From Copranaerobaculum intestinale (lineage in GTDB: Bacteria; Bacillota_I; Bacilli_A; Erysipelotrichales; Erysipelotrichaceae): a DNA stretch of 32,000 nt. A program made the translations under genes and the position numbers. The stretch spans positions 780,001-812,000 of the forward strand of contig NZ_WUUQ01000001.1 of NCBI RefSeq assembly GCF_009831105.1. The letters run 5' to 3'. Shown in pieces: positions 1-7,683 of this stretch. Under the pieces are notes generated by a model. It was not told the DNA's origin, did no database searches, and saw only the letters and a program-made list of their open reading frames with translations. Each line of letters begins with the position of its first letter. The stretch's first letter is position 1.

Positions 1-436
1 TGCACAGCTGGCGGCGGAGCTGGCATCAGCAGTAAATGGAGATCTGCATGAAATACTTCCAAAGGAGCCGTATACACCGGCAGATCTGGATTGGACGAAT
101 GAGCTGAGCAGATCTAGTAAGGAAATGAAGAATAAGACCTATCGACCGGCAATAGCGAATACGGTAACGGATATGGAATCCTACGATGTAATCTACATAG
201 GCTTTCCAATTTGGTGGTATGTCGCTCCGACCATTATCAATACGTTTTTAGAAGGTTACGATCTGGTTGGCAAAACGATCATACCGTTTGCGACATCCGG
301 CGGCAGCAAAATGGATAATGTGAATCATGAGCTTGTCGGTTCTGTAAAAGGAGCAGATCTGAAGATCGGCAGACGATTTGAAGCAAGGGTGAGTGAGAAA
401 GAACTGCAGGCTTGGGCCAAGTCGGCAGAAGTATAA
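1..436 (+). CDS. flavodoxin-like protein (Flavodoxin_4 type), 5' end outside window
   Basis: Frame 2 is open from base 2 (AQLAAELASAVNGDLHEILPKEPYTPADLDW...) into listed ORF 125..436. FPIWWYVAPTIINTFLE...IIPFATSGGS is paralogous to the N-terminal domain of the 2305..3291 product (YPIWMGDAPKIIHTFLE...IIPFCTSGSS). Confidence 0.75.
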   Translation, partial: AQLAAELASAVNGDLHEILPKEPYTPADLDWTNELSRSSKEMKNKTYRPAIANTVTDMESYDVIYIGFPIWWYVAPTIINTFLEGYDLVGKTIIPFATSGGSKMDNVNHELVGSVKGADLKIGRRFEARVSEKELQAWAKSAEV

Positions 437-452
437 AGAGAGGGTGTTTAAT

Positions 453-992
453 ATGAATAAAAATGTCTTGGTTATATCATCCAGCCTGCGGAAAAACAGC
501 AATTCAGAATGTTTAGCAGATGCCTGTATCCGTGGTGCAAAAGAAGCAGGTAATATTGTGGAAAAGGTGGTACTCACCGATAAATCTATTCAGTTTTGCC
601 AAGGCTGTCTTGCCTGTCTGAAAACCAAACAGTGCATAATTGATGATGACAGCAGAGCAATTACTGAAAAAATGAAGAATGCCGATGTGATCGTATTCGC
701 ATCTCCGGTTTATTATTTCAGTATCAGCGGACAATTGAAAACACTGCTGGATCGGGCAAATTCTCTGTATGCTTCTGAATATCAGTTCCGTGATATTTAT
801 TTTCTTTCATCAGCAGCGGAAGATGGTATTCATACGGTGGAAGGGTCGATAAAAACGATTGAGGGATGGGTCGACTGCTTTGATAAAGCTGTGCTGAAAA
901 AGACTGTTTTTGCCGGTGGTGTTGATGGTGCCGGGGATATTCTTGATCATCCGGCCTTGTTGGAAGCATATGAATTAGGGAAACAAATATAA
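453..992 (+). CDS. NAD(P)H-dependent FMN reductase / iron-sulfur flavoprotein (Isf)-like
   Basis: Internal ATG at 453, about 8 nt after AGAGAGGG. N-terminus MNKNVLVISSSLRKNSNS and ADVIVFASPVYYFSISGQLK are typical of the FMN_red family. Compact Cys motif C-QG-C-LA-C-LKTKQ-C at 597..635. Confidence 0.8.
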   Translation: MNKNVLVISSSLRKNSNSECLADACIRGAKEAGNIVEKVVLTDKSIQFCQGCLACLKTKQCIIDDDSRAITEKMKNADVIVFASPVYYFSISGQLKTLLDRANSLYASEYQFRDIYFLSSAAEDGIHTVEGSIKTIEGWVDCFDKAVLKKTVFAGGVDGAGDILDHPALLEAYELGKQI

Positions 993-1007
993 AAAGGAGA
1001 GTTAGCT

Positions 1008-2180
1008 ATGAATGATTTCATGTATCATAATCCCGATAAGGTGTATTTTGGCAAAGCGCAGATACAGCACTTACCGGCTGAGCTTCGGCAGTTTGGAAAA
1101 AATGTTCTGCTGGTATACGGAGGCGGATCAATCAAGAAAAACGGTATCTATGATACGGTACTTTCTTGCTTGGTGAAGGAAGGATTCATCTTGACTGAAT
1201 TGTCCGGTGTGGAACCCAATCCTCGTCATACAACTGTTAATCGAGGAGCTGCTATCTGTAAGCAGGCAGATATTGATGTAGTCTTAGCAGTCGGTGGAGG
1301 GAGTACCATTGACTGCGCCAAGGGGATTGCCGCAGCTGCGGAAACTGCGGATGGCAATGTATGGCCGCTGGTTGAACAAAAAATTTGGATCACAAAAGCA
1401 TTGCCGGTCGTTGCCGTTTTGACCAATGCCGCAACGGGATCGGAAATGGATGCATGGGCAGTTATATCCAATATGGATACCAATGAAAAAATCGGCTTGG
1501 GAGGGAGTGCATTGATACCCCGGGCAGCTTTTGAAAATCCGGAATACAGCTATTCCCTTCCCATTTATCAGACAGCCTGCGGCAGCTTTGATATATTTAA
1601 TCATGTTTTGGACAATTACTATTTTTCCCAAGATGCTGCATTTGATATGATTTTGGAATTTCAAGAAGCAGTAATGCGAGCGGTTGTAAAATGGGCACCG
1701 ATTGCAATGAAAGAACCGCAGAATTATGAAGCGAGAGCGAATCTGATGTGGGCATCTTCCTTGGCACTCAACGGTATACTTGATGCGGGAATGATGCATG
1801 ATTGTGCCTGTCATGCCATGGAGCATGAGTTGTCTGCTTATTATGATATAACCCATGGTCATGGATTGGCAATCCTGACACCGCGCTGGCTGACCTATCT
1901 ATTAGATGAAGAAACGGCGCCGGCAATTCATCGTCTTGGGACCGCGGTATTCGGTATAGAAAAAGCCATACGCCCGATGATTGGTGCGAAACAAACGATC
2001 GAAGCAGTATCTGATTTTTGTTTTCAGACCTTAGGCTTGACAGCTACTTTATCCGAACTGGGTATTACTGACGAGCATTTCGCTGAAATGGCAAAACATG
2101 CCTGCGGAGGCAGATCACTATCTGGTATAAAAACCTTATCATCTGCTGATATTGAGAAAATTTATCGCATGTGTCTGTAA
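1008..2180 (+). CDS. iron-containing (group III) alcohol dehydrogenase, butanol dehydrogenase/YqhD-like
   Basis: 390 aa. GGGSIKK and AVGGGSTIDCAKGIA nucleotide-binding motifs and a His-rich metal site (HAMEHELSAYYDITHGHGLA). AAGGAGAG RBS upstream. Confidence 0.9.
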   Translation: MNDFMYHNPDKVYFGKAQIQHLPAELRQFGKNVLLVYGGGSIKKNGIYDTVLSCLVKEGFILTELSGVEPNPRHTTVNRGAAICKQADIDVVLAVGGGSTIDCAKGIAAAAETADGNVWPLVEQKIWITKALPVVAVLTNAATGSEMDAWAVISNMDTNEKIGLGGSALIPRAAFENPEYSYSLPIYQTACGSFDIFNHVLDNYYFSQDAAFDMILEFQEAVMRAVVKWAPIAMKEPQNYEARANLMWASSLALNGILDAGMMHDCACHAMEHELSAYYDITHGHGLAILTPRWLTYLLDEETAPAIHRLGTAVFGIEKAIRPMIGAKQTIEAVSDFCFQTLGLTATLSELGITDEHFAEMAKHACGGRSLSGIKTLSSADIEKIYRMCL

Positions 2181-2304
2181 AAGCATTTTGTAGATATTGA
2201 TTGCATACAACTGCTCGATTATTTGCGGATCAATACTGTCGAACATCAGCACATTATACGGTATTGAACTCATGAGGCCGCGCACTAGATACGGAGGTGA
2301 AAGA

Positions 2305-3291
2305 ATGAAACGTATATGTATGTTAGCAGTTATCACGCTGCTGATAAGCGGGTTTACCGGATGTACTCAAACCGATAAGAAACCTAAGGATGAACATAAA
2401 GAACAATTAACTGAAAAGCAAACCGACACAAATGTTTTGGTAGCTTATTTCTCCAACACCGGAACGACTGAGGGTATCGCCGAAATGATTGCAGATGAAA
2501 CCCAAGGTACTCTGTATGAAATACAACCGGAAAATTCATATACCGAGGAAGACCTAAATTATCAGGATACAGACAGCAGATCAAGCCGTGAGCAGGCTGA
2601 TTCATCAATCCGTCCGAAAATTTTGAAGTCAATCGATCACATGGAAGCATTTGATGTGATATTTCTCGGCTATCCGATCTGGATGGGAGACGCACCAAAG
2701 ATTATTCATACCTTCCTCGAAAGCTATGATTTTTCACAGAAACAAATCATTCCGTTTTGTACGTCGGGAAGCAGTGATATCACCTCCAGTGCCGAGGTAT
2801 TAAAGGCCCTTGTGCCGAATACAAAATGGCTCAGCGGCAGACGATTCTCAAAGGAATCCAGCCCGCAAGATGTGCAGAAATGGATTTCCGCTCTAACATC
2901 AACACATTCTGAGGATAAAACGAAAGCCAAAGCAAAGCTTTATTTAAAAATCAATAATCATGTTCTGGAAACAGATCTTATTGATCACGCAAGCACCCAA
3001 GCTTTGCTGGCCTTGCTTAAAGAACACGATCTGACGATTTCGATGCGAGATTTTAACGGCTTTGAGAAAGTCGGTGAGATTGGTACAACGCTTCCAAGAA
3101 CGGATGAATCCCTTACAACCAAAGCAGGTGATCTGATTTTATATGAAGGCAATCAATTTATTATTTATTACGATGTCAATACATGGAAGCTTACAAAACT
3201 AGGAGAAATCAAAAATTGTTCAGAAAATGAGCTGAAATCAATTCTTGGAAAAGGCGAAGTGAATGTAACATTATCACTATCAAAGAACTAA
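2305..3291 (+). CDS. lipoprotein: Flavodoxin_4-like domain fused to a cyclophilin-like domain
   Basis: GGAGGTGAAAGA RBS before ATG 2305. Signal peptide plus lipobox MKRICMLAVITLLISGFTGC. Flavodoxin motifs VLVAYFSNTGTTE and IIPFCTSGSS. C-terminal LYLKINNHVLETDLIDHASTQ...DLILYEGNQFIIYYD resembles the cyclophilin-like fold often fused to these flavodoxins. The 2197 upstream extension lacks an RBS. Confidence 0.75.
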   Translation: MKRICMLAVITLLISGFTGCTQTDKKPKDEHKEQLTEKQTDTNVLVAYFSNTGTTEGIAEMIADETQGTLYEIQPENSYTEEDLNYQDTDSRSSREQADSSIRPKILKSIDHMEAFDVIFLGYPIWMGDAPKIIHTFLESYDFSQKQIIPFCTSGSSDITSSAEVLKALVPNTKWLSGRRFSKESSPQDVQKWISALTSTHSEDKTKAKAKLYLKINNHVLETDLIDHASTQALLALLKEHDLTISMRDFNGFEKVGEIGTTLPRTDESLTTKAGDLILYEGNQFIIYYDVNTWKLTKLGEIKNCSENELKSILGKGEVNVTLSLSKN

Positions 3292-3480
3292 GCAGTATAC
3301 TTGATTAGATATAGAGATGTAAACCCATTTATTAAATTTTTGCGACCTTTCGATTTTCAAGTTTATAATAACTGCTTTTTGTTATTCCAGACACTGTCTT
3401 TCATGAAAATCAAGCCTGTTTAACATTATGTTTTTCAAAGGATATCTGCTTTAAAATTTTAAATTTTTTCAAATTTCACT

Positions 3481-3509
3481 TTGAATTTTTTCTTGAAATC
3501 CGATATACT
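3481..3509 (+). promoter_or_regulatory. sigma-A-type promoter for the MATE leader (TTGAAT-17 nt-TATACT)
   Basis: -35 TTGAAT at 3481-3486, 17-nt spacer, -10 TATACT at 3504-3509. AT-rich phased A/T tracts upstream. An overlapping alternative is TTGAAA 3493-3498 / TATAAC 3516-3521. Confidence 0.4.
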
Positions 3510-3518
3510 ATAACATAT

Positions 3519-3575
3519 AACGTGTAGCGATCATGCGTAATTCCAGTTGTGCATGGGCTGCGCGTTTTCTTTTTG
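3519..3575 (+). ncRNA. structured leader RNA element, copy 1 (riboswitch/attenuator candidate with terminator-like U tract)
   Basis: 10-bp outer stem AACGUGUAGC (3519-3528) / GCUGCGCGUU (3557-3566). Inner stem CAUGC/GCAUG. Apical loop GUAAUUCCAGUUGU. Followed by the U tract UUUUCUUUUU. Shares CGUGUAGC...CGUAAWUCCAG with copy 2. Confidence 0.5.
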
Positions 3576-3664
3576 AAAAAGTCCTGGAAGTAAGGTGATT
3601 TTTATTCATAAATAACGATATATCGCTTCGATAAAATATATAAGCAGATGATAAGAAAAGACAT

Positions 3665-3717
3665 AAGCGTGTAGCCAACGGCGTAAATCCAGCACCGTTA
3701 AACTATGCGCTTTTTTA
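3665..3717 (+). ncRNA. structured leader RNA element, copy 2 (riboswitch/attenuator candidate with terminator-like U tract)
   Basis: 10-bp outer stem AAGCGUGUAG (3665-3674) / CUAUGCGCUU (3703-3712). Inner stem AACGG/CCGUU. Apical loop CGUAAAUCCAGCA. U tract UUUUUUAUU runs into the AGGAGGA RBS of the MATE gene. Confidence 0.5.
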
Positions 3718-3733
3718 TTAGGAGGAAATCAAT

Positions 3734-5149
3734 ATGGAAACAGCGAATCAATATTTAGGAACCGAGCATATCGGTAAATTAATGAAGAAGTATGCCGTGC
3801 CATGTATTATATCCTTATTGGTAGGTGCGCTTTATAATATAGTCGATCAGATTTATATTGCGAATGCGAGTTATCTCGGTTCTTATGGAAATGCCGCAAA
3901 TACAGTAGTTTTCCCGCTGACTGTGGTTGCCTTGGCAATTGCGGTCATGATTGGAGATGGCTGCTGCGCGTTTGTCAGTATCAGTATGGGCAAGCGGAAA
4001 GTAGAAGCGGCGAAGCAAAGTGTTGGCAACGCAGTACTCATGAGTATTGTTTGCAGTTTATTGTTGACCTTTGTATTTTTGATATTTCAAAAACAGATTA
4101 TCACGTTATTCGGCGGTACTGTAAATATGGAAACTTTCCGATACGCGAAAGAGTATTTTTTCTATATCAGCCTTGGTATTCCGTTTTATATGTTTGGACA
4201 GGCGATGAATCCCATAATCCGCGCTGATGGCAGTCCAAAATTTGCGATGCTTTCAACCCTTGCCGGAGCAGCGATCAACTGTATCCTTGATCCGATCTTT
4301 ATCTTTGGTTTTCGTTGGGGAATGATGGGCGCAGCCACAGCTACCGTAATTGGACAGATTGTTACCGCAGCCTTTGCGGTATGGTATCTTCAGCATATGA
4401 AAGTGATCAAGCCATCCATAAAAAACTTTCATATTGACTATTCAATTTTGGGTCGAACCTTACTGCTGGGAATCACCAGCTTTCTGTCGCAGATTTCCTT
4501 AGTGATCGCGATGGCCGCAATCAATAATATGATTCAGAAATACGGGGCACTCGATGCTGTGTTCAAACAGCCGCAGTATGCACAGATTCCCATGGCAGTC
4601 GTTGGTATCGTAATGAAGTTCTTTCAAATCGTTATATCGATTGTTGTAGGCATGGCTGCTGGGTGTATTCCGATTGTCGGATACAATATGGGAGCGCAGA
4701 ATCGCACACGGGTAAAAAAGCTTTTTACTAAGTTATTGCTCGCAGAAGCAAGCGTTGGGATTGCTGCCTTCTTATTAGTCGAGCTGTTTCCACGTTCAAT
4801 TATCTCAATCTTTGGAGCAGCCCAAGAAAGCAGCTACTATACCATGTTTGCAGTTAGAGCCTTCCGCATATATTTATGCATGATTATTTTTGCCTGTATC
4901 AATAAAGCTTGCTTTATCTTTCTGCAGGCAATGGGTAAGGCATTGGCATCGACGGTTCTTTCGATGTTCCGTGAAATTGTATTTGGTGTCGGATTTGCGT
5001 TGCTCTTGCCTCTGTTTTATGGCTTAGACGGGGTTCTGTATTCCATGCCTGTTTCTGATCTATGCACTTTTATCGCAGCTGTCTATCTGATTCTGCGCAC
5101 ATATAAAGAGCTTGATGATCAGCAATTAACTTTATCGCATGCGGATTAA
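3734..5149 (+). CDS. MATE family efflux transporter (MepA/NorM-like)
   Basis: 471 aa with about 12 predicted TM helices. N-terminal LMKKYAVPCIISLLVGALYNIVDQIYI is a typical MATE signature. AGGAGGA RBS 7 nt upstream. Confidence 0.9.
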   Translation: METANQYLGTEHIGKLMKKYAVPCIISLLVGALYNIVDQIYIANASYLGSYGNAANTVVFPLTVVALAIAVMIGDGCCAFVSISMGKRKVEAAKQSVGNAVLMSIVCSLLLTFVFLIFQKQIITLFGGTVNMETFRYAKEYFFYISLGIPFYMFGQAMNPIIRADGSPKFAMLSTLAGAAINCILDPIFIFGFRWGMMGAATATVIGQIVTAAFAVWYLQHMKVIKPSIKNFHIDYSILGRTLLLGITSFLSQISLVIAMAAINNMIQKYGALDAVFKQPQYAQIPMAVVGIVMKFFQIVISIVVGMAAGCIPIVGYNMGAQNRTRVKKLFTKLLLAEASVGIAAFLLVELFPRSIISIFGAAQESSYYTMFAVRAFRIYLCMIIFACINKACFIFLQAMGKALASTVLSMFREIVFGVGFALLLPLFYGLDGVLYSMPVSDLCTFIAAVYLILRTYKELDDQQLTLSHAD

Positions 5150-5192
5150 CATAGAAGAATAACAGGCTGTCACAGCTAAAGATTTAAAAAAG

Positions 5193-5230
5193 GAATCTCT
5201 TCATTTATGGAATTGAAGAGGTTTTTTTCT
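5193..5230 (+). terminator. intrinsic terminator after the MATE gene
   Basis: Stem AAUCUCUUCA / UGAAGAGGUU around a UUUAUGGAAU loop, followed by UUUUUUU. Confidence 0.7.
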
Positions 5231-5552
5231 ATGTCAATAAAAATGAAAAAAATGATATTTTAATAATAGCACCGCTTGTGTGTAATTGAGCGGAATGATG
5301 CAAAGCGGTGTGCCTTTGTAAATGCTATCATTTATGATCCATGTAATATGAATATATTGCTTCTAAATTTGTATTGAAGATGTTATTTCCGACAGCTTGG
5401 TTAATCATGACGTATTGACTAGGTTTCGCTCACAATCTGACATGGTTGATCATGGTTTGACTGATAAGCAAGAAATTGATTACCAAGGCTTTACATAAAA
5501 TTTGAGAATGCGTTTCTTCAAGCATATAGGGAGCGTGCTTTATAATACATAT

Positions 5553-5581
5553 TTGTCAAATAATGAACGATAAGGTAGAAT
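5553..5581 (+). promoter_or_regulatory. promoter TTGTCA-17 nt-TAGAAT
   Basis: -35 at 5553-5558 and -10 at 5576-5581. It places the transcription start site (TSS) near 5588, downstream of the ORF-track ATG 5582, which supports the 5615 start. Confidence 0.5.
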
Positions 5582-5614
5582 ATGCATAACTGGAAAGCAG
5601 GAGGGACAGTGTAT

Positions 5615-6289
5615 ATGAATTTGATTCGGATGAACAGAGTTTATTCTTCCCTCTGCGGTACTTATCTGGTAAAGAGTCGTTCAAAACGTACCGTTGATAT
5701 GATGGAAAAGGTATTGTTTTTAATGCAGGCTGAATCACTTCAAAAACAGATTCCGCTTTTTCATTGTAAAATATTTCTGGATGGCAGCCACATCCGGATA
5801 CCTTATATCAGCAATTTATTGGCAGTTGATCAAAAAGCGTTCTTTCTGCCTGAATCGCGATATTTCTTATTTCACCAGGGATTTGATGAGTACACAAAAA
5901 TGTTGAATCGCCTGCGCCGGCTCGATCAAGAGCAAATAAATGAGCGCGTCATGAAAATTCTTCAACATCATAAATTAGATGCTGATTATTTTGTGTATGC
6001 CCCTTATCACCATACATGGATGCGAAGGCTGGCAAGATTAAAAATCGAGGCTGCAAGGCATTGGATGATGAATGATATCCGAATGATTTTATTTGTACCG
6101 CTGCCCGCTGTTTTGATAGCCCTTATCAAAGCAAATTCAACAGCTGGGGAGGTGCATGTGCTGATACACTATCAGCGAAAGTGGGCATTGATCCTTATAG
6201 GCGCAGTTACCTTCGTTTCAGCGTTGGTATGGACGTTTCATTGGATGAGAGCTACTGCTTATGAAAGGCGTCATACTGACTGTATTTGA
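5615..6289 (+). CDS. hypothetical protein with two C-terminal TM helices
   Basis: AGGAGGG (5599-5605) lies 9 nt before ATG 5615. TM segments are ILFVPLPAVLIALI and WALILIGAVTFVSALVW. I recognise no family motif. Confidence 0.55.
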   Translation: MNLIRMNRVYSSLCGTYLVKSRSKRTVDMMEKVLFLMQAESLQKQIPLFHCKIFLDGSHIRIPYISNLLAVDQKAFFLPESRYFLFHQGFDEYTKMLNRLRRLDQEQINERVMKILQHHKLDADYFVYAPYHHTWMRRLARLKIEAARHWMMNDIRMILFVPLPAVLIALIKANSTAGEVHVLIHYQRKWALILIGAVTFVSALVWTFHWMRATAYERRHTDCI

Positions 6290-6319
6290 AAAATTGCCGT
6301 GTGATAATCAGAAAGGAAT

Positions 6320-6661
6320 ATGATTGATATGATACTTGATTTTAATTCAATAAAAGAAGTTGAGCGAATGAATTTTCAAGGAGGTAAGGGAGTGTTCCAT
6401 GTTCATATGTATCAGGATGAACATGTGAAGATCATGAAGGGAATGCTGGAACCGGGCGCTTTCATCGGTTTTCATGCTCATGTGAAAAACAGTGAAATTA
6501 TTTTTATTACCGAAGGGCACGGAAAAGTTCGATATGATGATACAGAAGAAGCTGTAACGGCGGGCAGCTGTCATTATTGTCCTAAAGGTCATGCGCACAG
6601 CTTGATCAACAGCGGCAATCAGAATCTGCATTTCTATGCGGTGGTGCCCGAGCATGAATAA
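6320..6661 (+). CDS. cupin domain protein
   Basis: GFHAHVKNSEIIFITEGHGKV...CPKGHAHSLIN matches the two-motif cupin metal site (H-x-H...E...H). The start may be ATG 6329, which is better spaced from GAAAGGA. Confidence 0.75.
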   Translation: MIDMILDFNSIKEVERMNFQGGKGVFHVHMYQDEHVKIMKGMLEPGAFIGFHAHVKNSEIIFITEGHGKVRYDDTEEAVTAGSCHYCPKGHAHSLINSGNQNLHFYAVVPEHE

Positions 6662-7487
6662 GACCTTATATGTAACTGATTTAGACGGTACGCTGTTGAA
6701 TACAGATATCTGTATCAGTGAAACAAGCCTTAAGATTATAAACGATTTAATCGCCTCCGGCATGCACTTTACCTTTGCGACTGCCCGTTCTTTGGTTTCT
6801 GCTCGCAAGGTTACCAAAGGACTGCTGGCCAACATACCGGTCATTGTATACAATGGTGCTTTTATTATGAATCATGAAGACGGAGAAATATTGTATTCCC
6901 GTAAATTTACGAGCGATGAACGTGGGGATATTGTATCTCTGCTGCGAAAACACCATATGCATCCGCTGGTGTATTCCTTTATAGAGCAGCAGGAGAAGCT
7001 CTCCTGGAATCAAAACCATGAAAACGAAGGTATAAAGCATTACATCAATCAGCGGCTTGACGATCCCCGGCTACGGCCTTTGAGCGATGATCGGAATCTG
7101 TATGACGGAGATATGTTTTATCTTACCTGCATTGGGGAACCGAAAGAGCTTGAAATTGTCTATCAGATCATGCAAGGTGATGAACGATTTCGCTGCACAC
7201 TTCAGCAGGAGCTGTATCGGACGGAGTACTGGCTGGAGATTATGCCGCGCAAAGCTACTAAAGCGGAAGCGATCCAGCATTTAAAAACTATGGGAAGCTG
7301 TGATCGTATTGTCGCATTTGGGGATGCGATCAATGATCTTCCGATGTTTGAAATAGCAGATGAAGCATATGCGGTCGCGAATGCGGTACCAGCATTAAAA
7401 GCCGCGGCGACAGCGGTAATCGCAGATAATGATCAAGACGGTGTCGCAAAAAAATTATGGGAGCTTTATCAAGGGACGGCAAATTAA
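6654..7487 (+). CDS. Cof-type HAD-IIB family phosphatase
   Basis: MNKTLYVTDLDGTLLN (DxDGT motif I), FATARS, and C-terminal FGDAINDLPMF...AVANA. The start overlaps the cupin stop by 8 nt (ATGAATAA). Confidence 0.9.
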   Translation: MNKTLYVTDLDGTLLNTDICISETSLKIINDLIASGMHFTFATARSLVSARKVTKGLLANIPVIVYNGAFIMNHEDGEILYSRKFTSDERGDIVSLLRKHHMHPLVYSFIEQQEKLSWNQNHENEGIKHYINQRLDDPRLRPLSDDRNLYDGDMFYLTCIGEPKELEIVYQIMQGDERFRCTLQQELYRTEYWLEIMPRKATKAEAIQHLKTMGSCDRIVAFGDAINDLPMFEIADEAYAVANAVPALKAAATAVIADNDQDGVAKKLWELYQGTAN

Positions 7488-7503
7488 CAGCAGTCCTTTT
7501 TCT
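7474..7503 (+). terminator. possible intrinsic terminator overlapping the HAD gene stop
   Basis: GGACGGC / GCAGUCC imperfect stem followed by UUUUUCUC. Confidence 0.4.
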
Positions 7504-7629
7504 CATAATTTCATATGATCATACTGCCCTATATGTTAAAGCCATTTAAAACAGCTTTTTCCCAAGCAATGACTGCAGACACAGACAGAAATAATAATAC
7601 TGTTTTCAAATTGCGTGTATCTTATTTAT

Positions 7630-7658
7630 TTGACAATCAAAATAATATTTGATAAAAT
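7630..7658 (+). promoter_or_regulatory. near-consensus promoter TTGACA-17 nt-TAAAAT
   Basis: -35 at 7630-7635 and -10 at 7653-7658, about 25 nt upstream of the hydrolase start. Confidence 0.6.
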
Positions 7659-7683
7659 ACTTCAGTTTGAGAGAGGTAAATAT

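Noticed and set aside
1284-1862. 192-aa antisense ORF within the alcohol dehydrogenase gene; also 6347..6853 (minus strand) across the cupin/HAD genes
   Set aside because: These are shadow ORFs opposite strongly supported genes, with Cys/His/Arg-rich nonsense-like composition.
2197-2304. N-terminal extension of the lipoprotein ORF; also ATG 5582, GTG 14206, ATG 14885, ATG 16311, ATG 20413, ATG 24304 and ATG 26388 as starts
   Set aside because: In each case an internal start has a properly spaced RBS, or matches the family N-terminus or signal peptide, or the extension runs across a terminator or promoter.
3383-3390. Third occurrence of AUUCCAG upstream of the predicted MATE promoter
   Set aside because: It lies upstream of the predicted TSS and lacks the surrounding stem architecture of the two leader elements.
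3681-3693. Loop sequence AAAUCCAGCA resembling the PyrR binding-loop consensus (ARUCCAGAGAGG)
   Set aside because: Only the UCCAG core matches, and the GAGAGG part is absent. The downstream gene is a MATE exporter, not a pyr gene.
5401-5462. Two similar TNATCATG...TTGACT segments that might be promoters or operator repeats
   Set aside because: No acceptable -10 hexamer lies at the right distance from either TTGACT. The similarity is short and could be chance. It is mentioned only as context in the gap finding.
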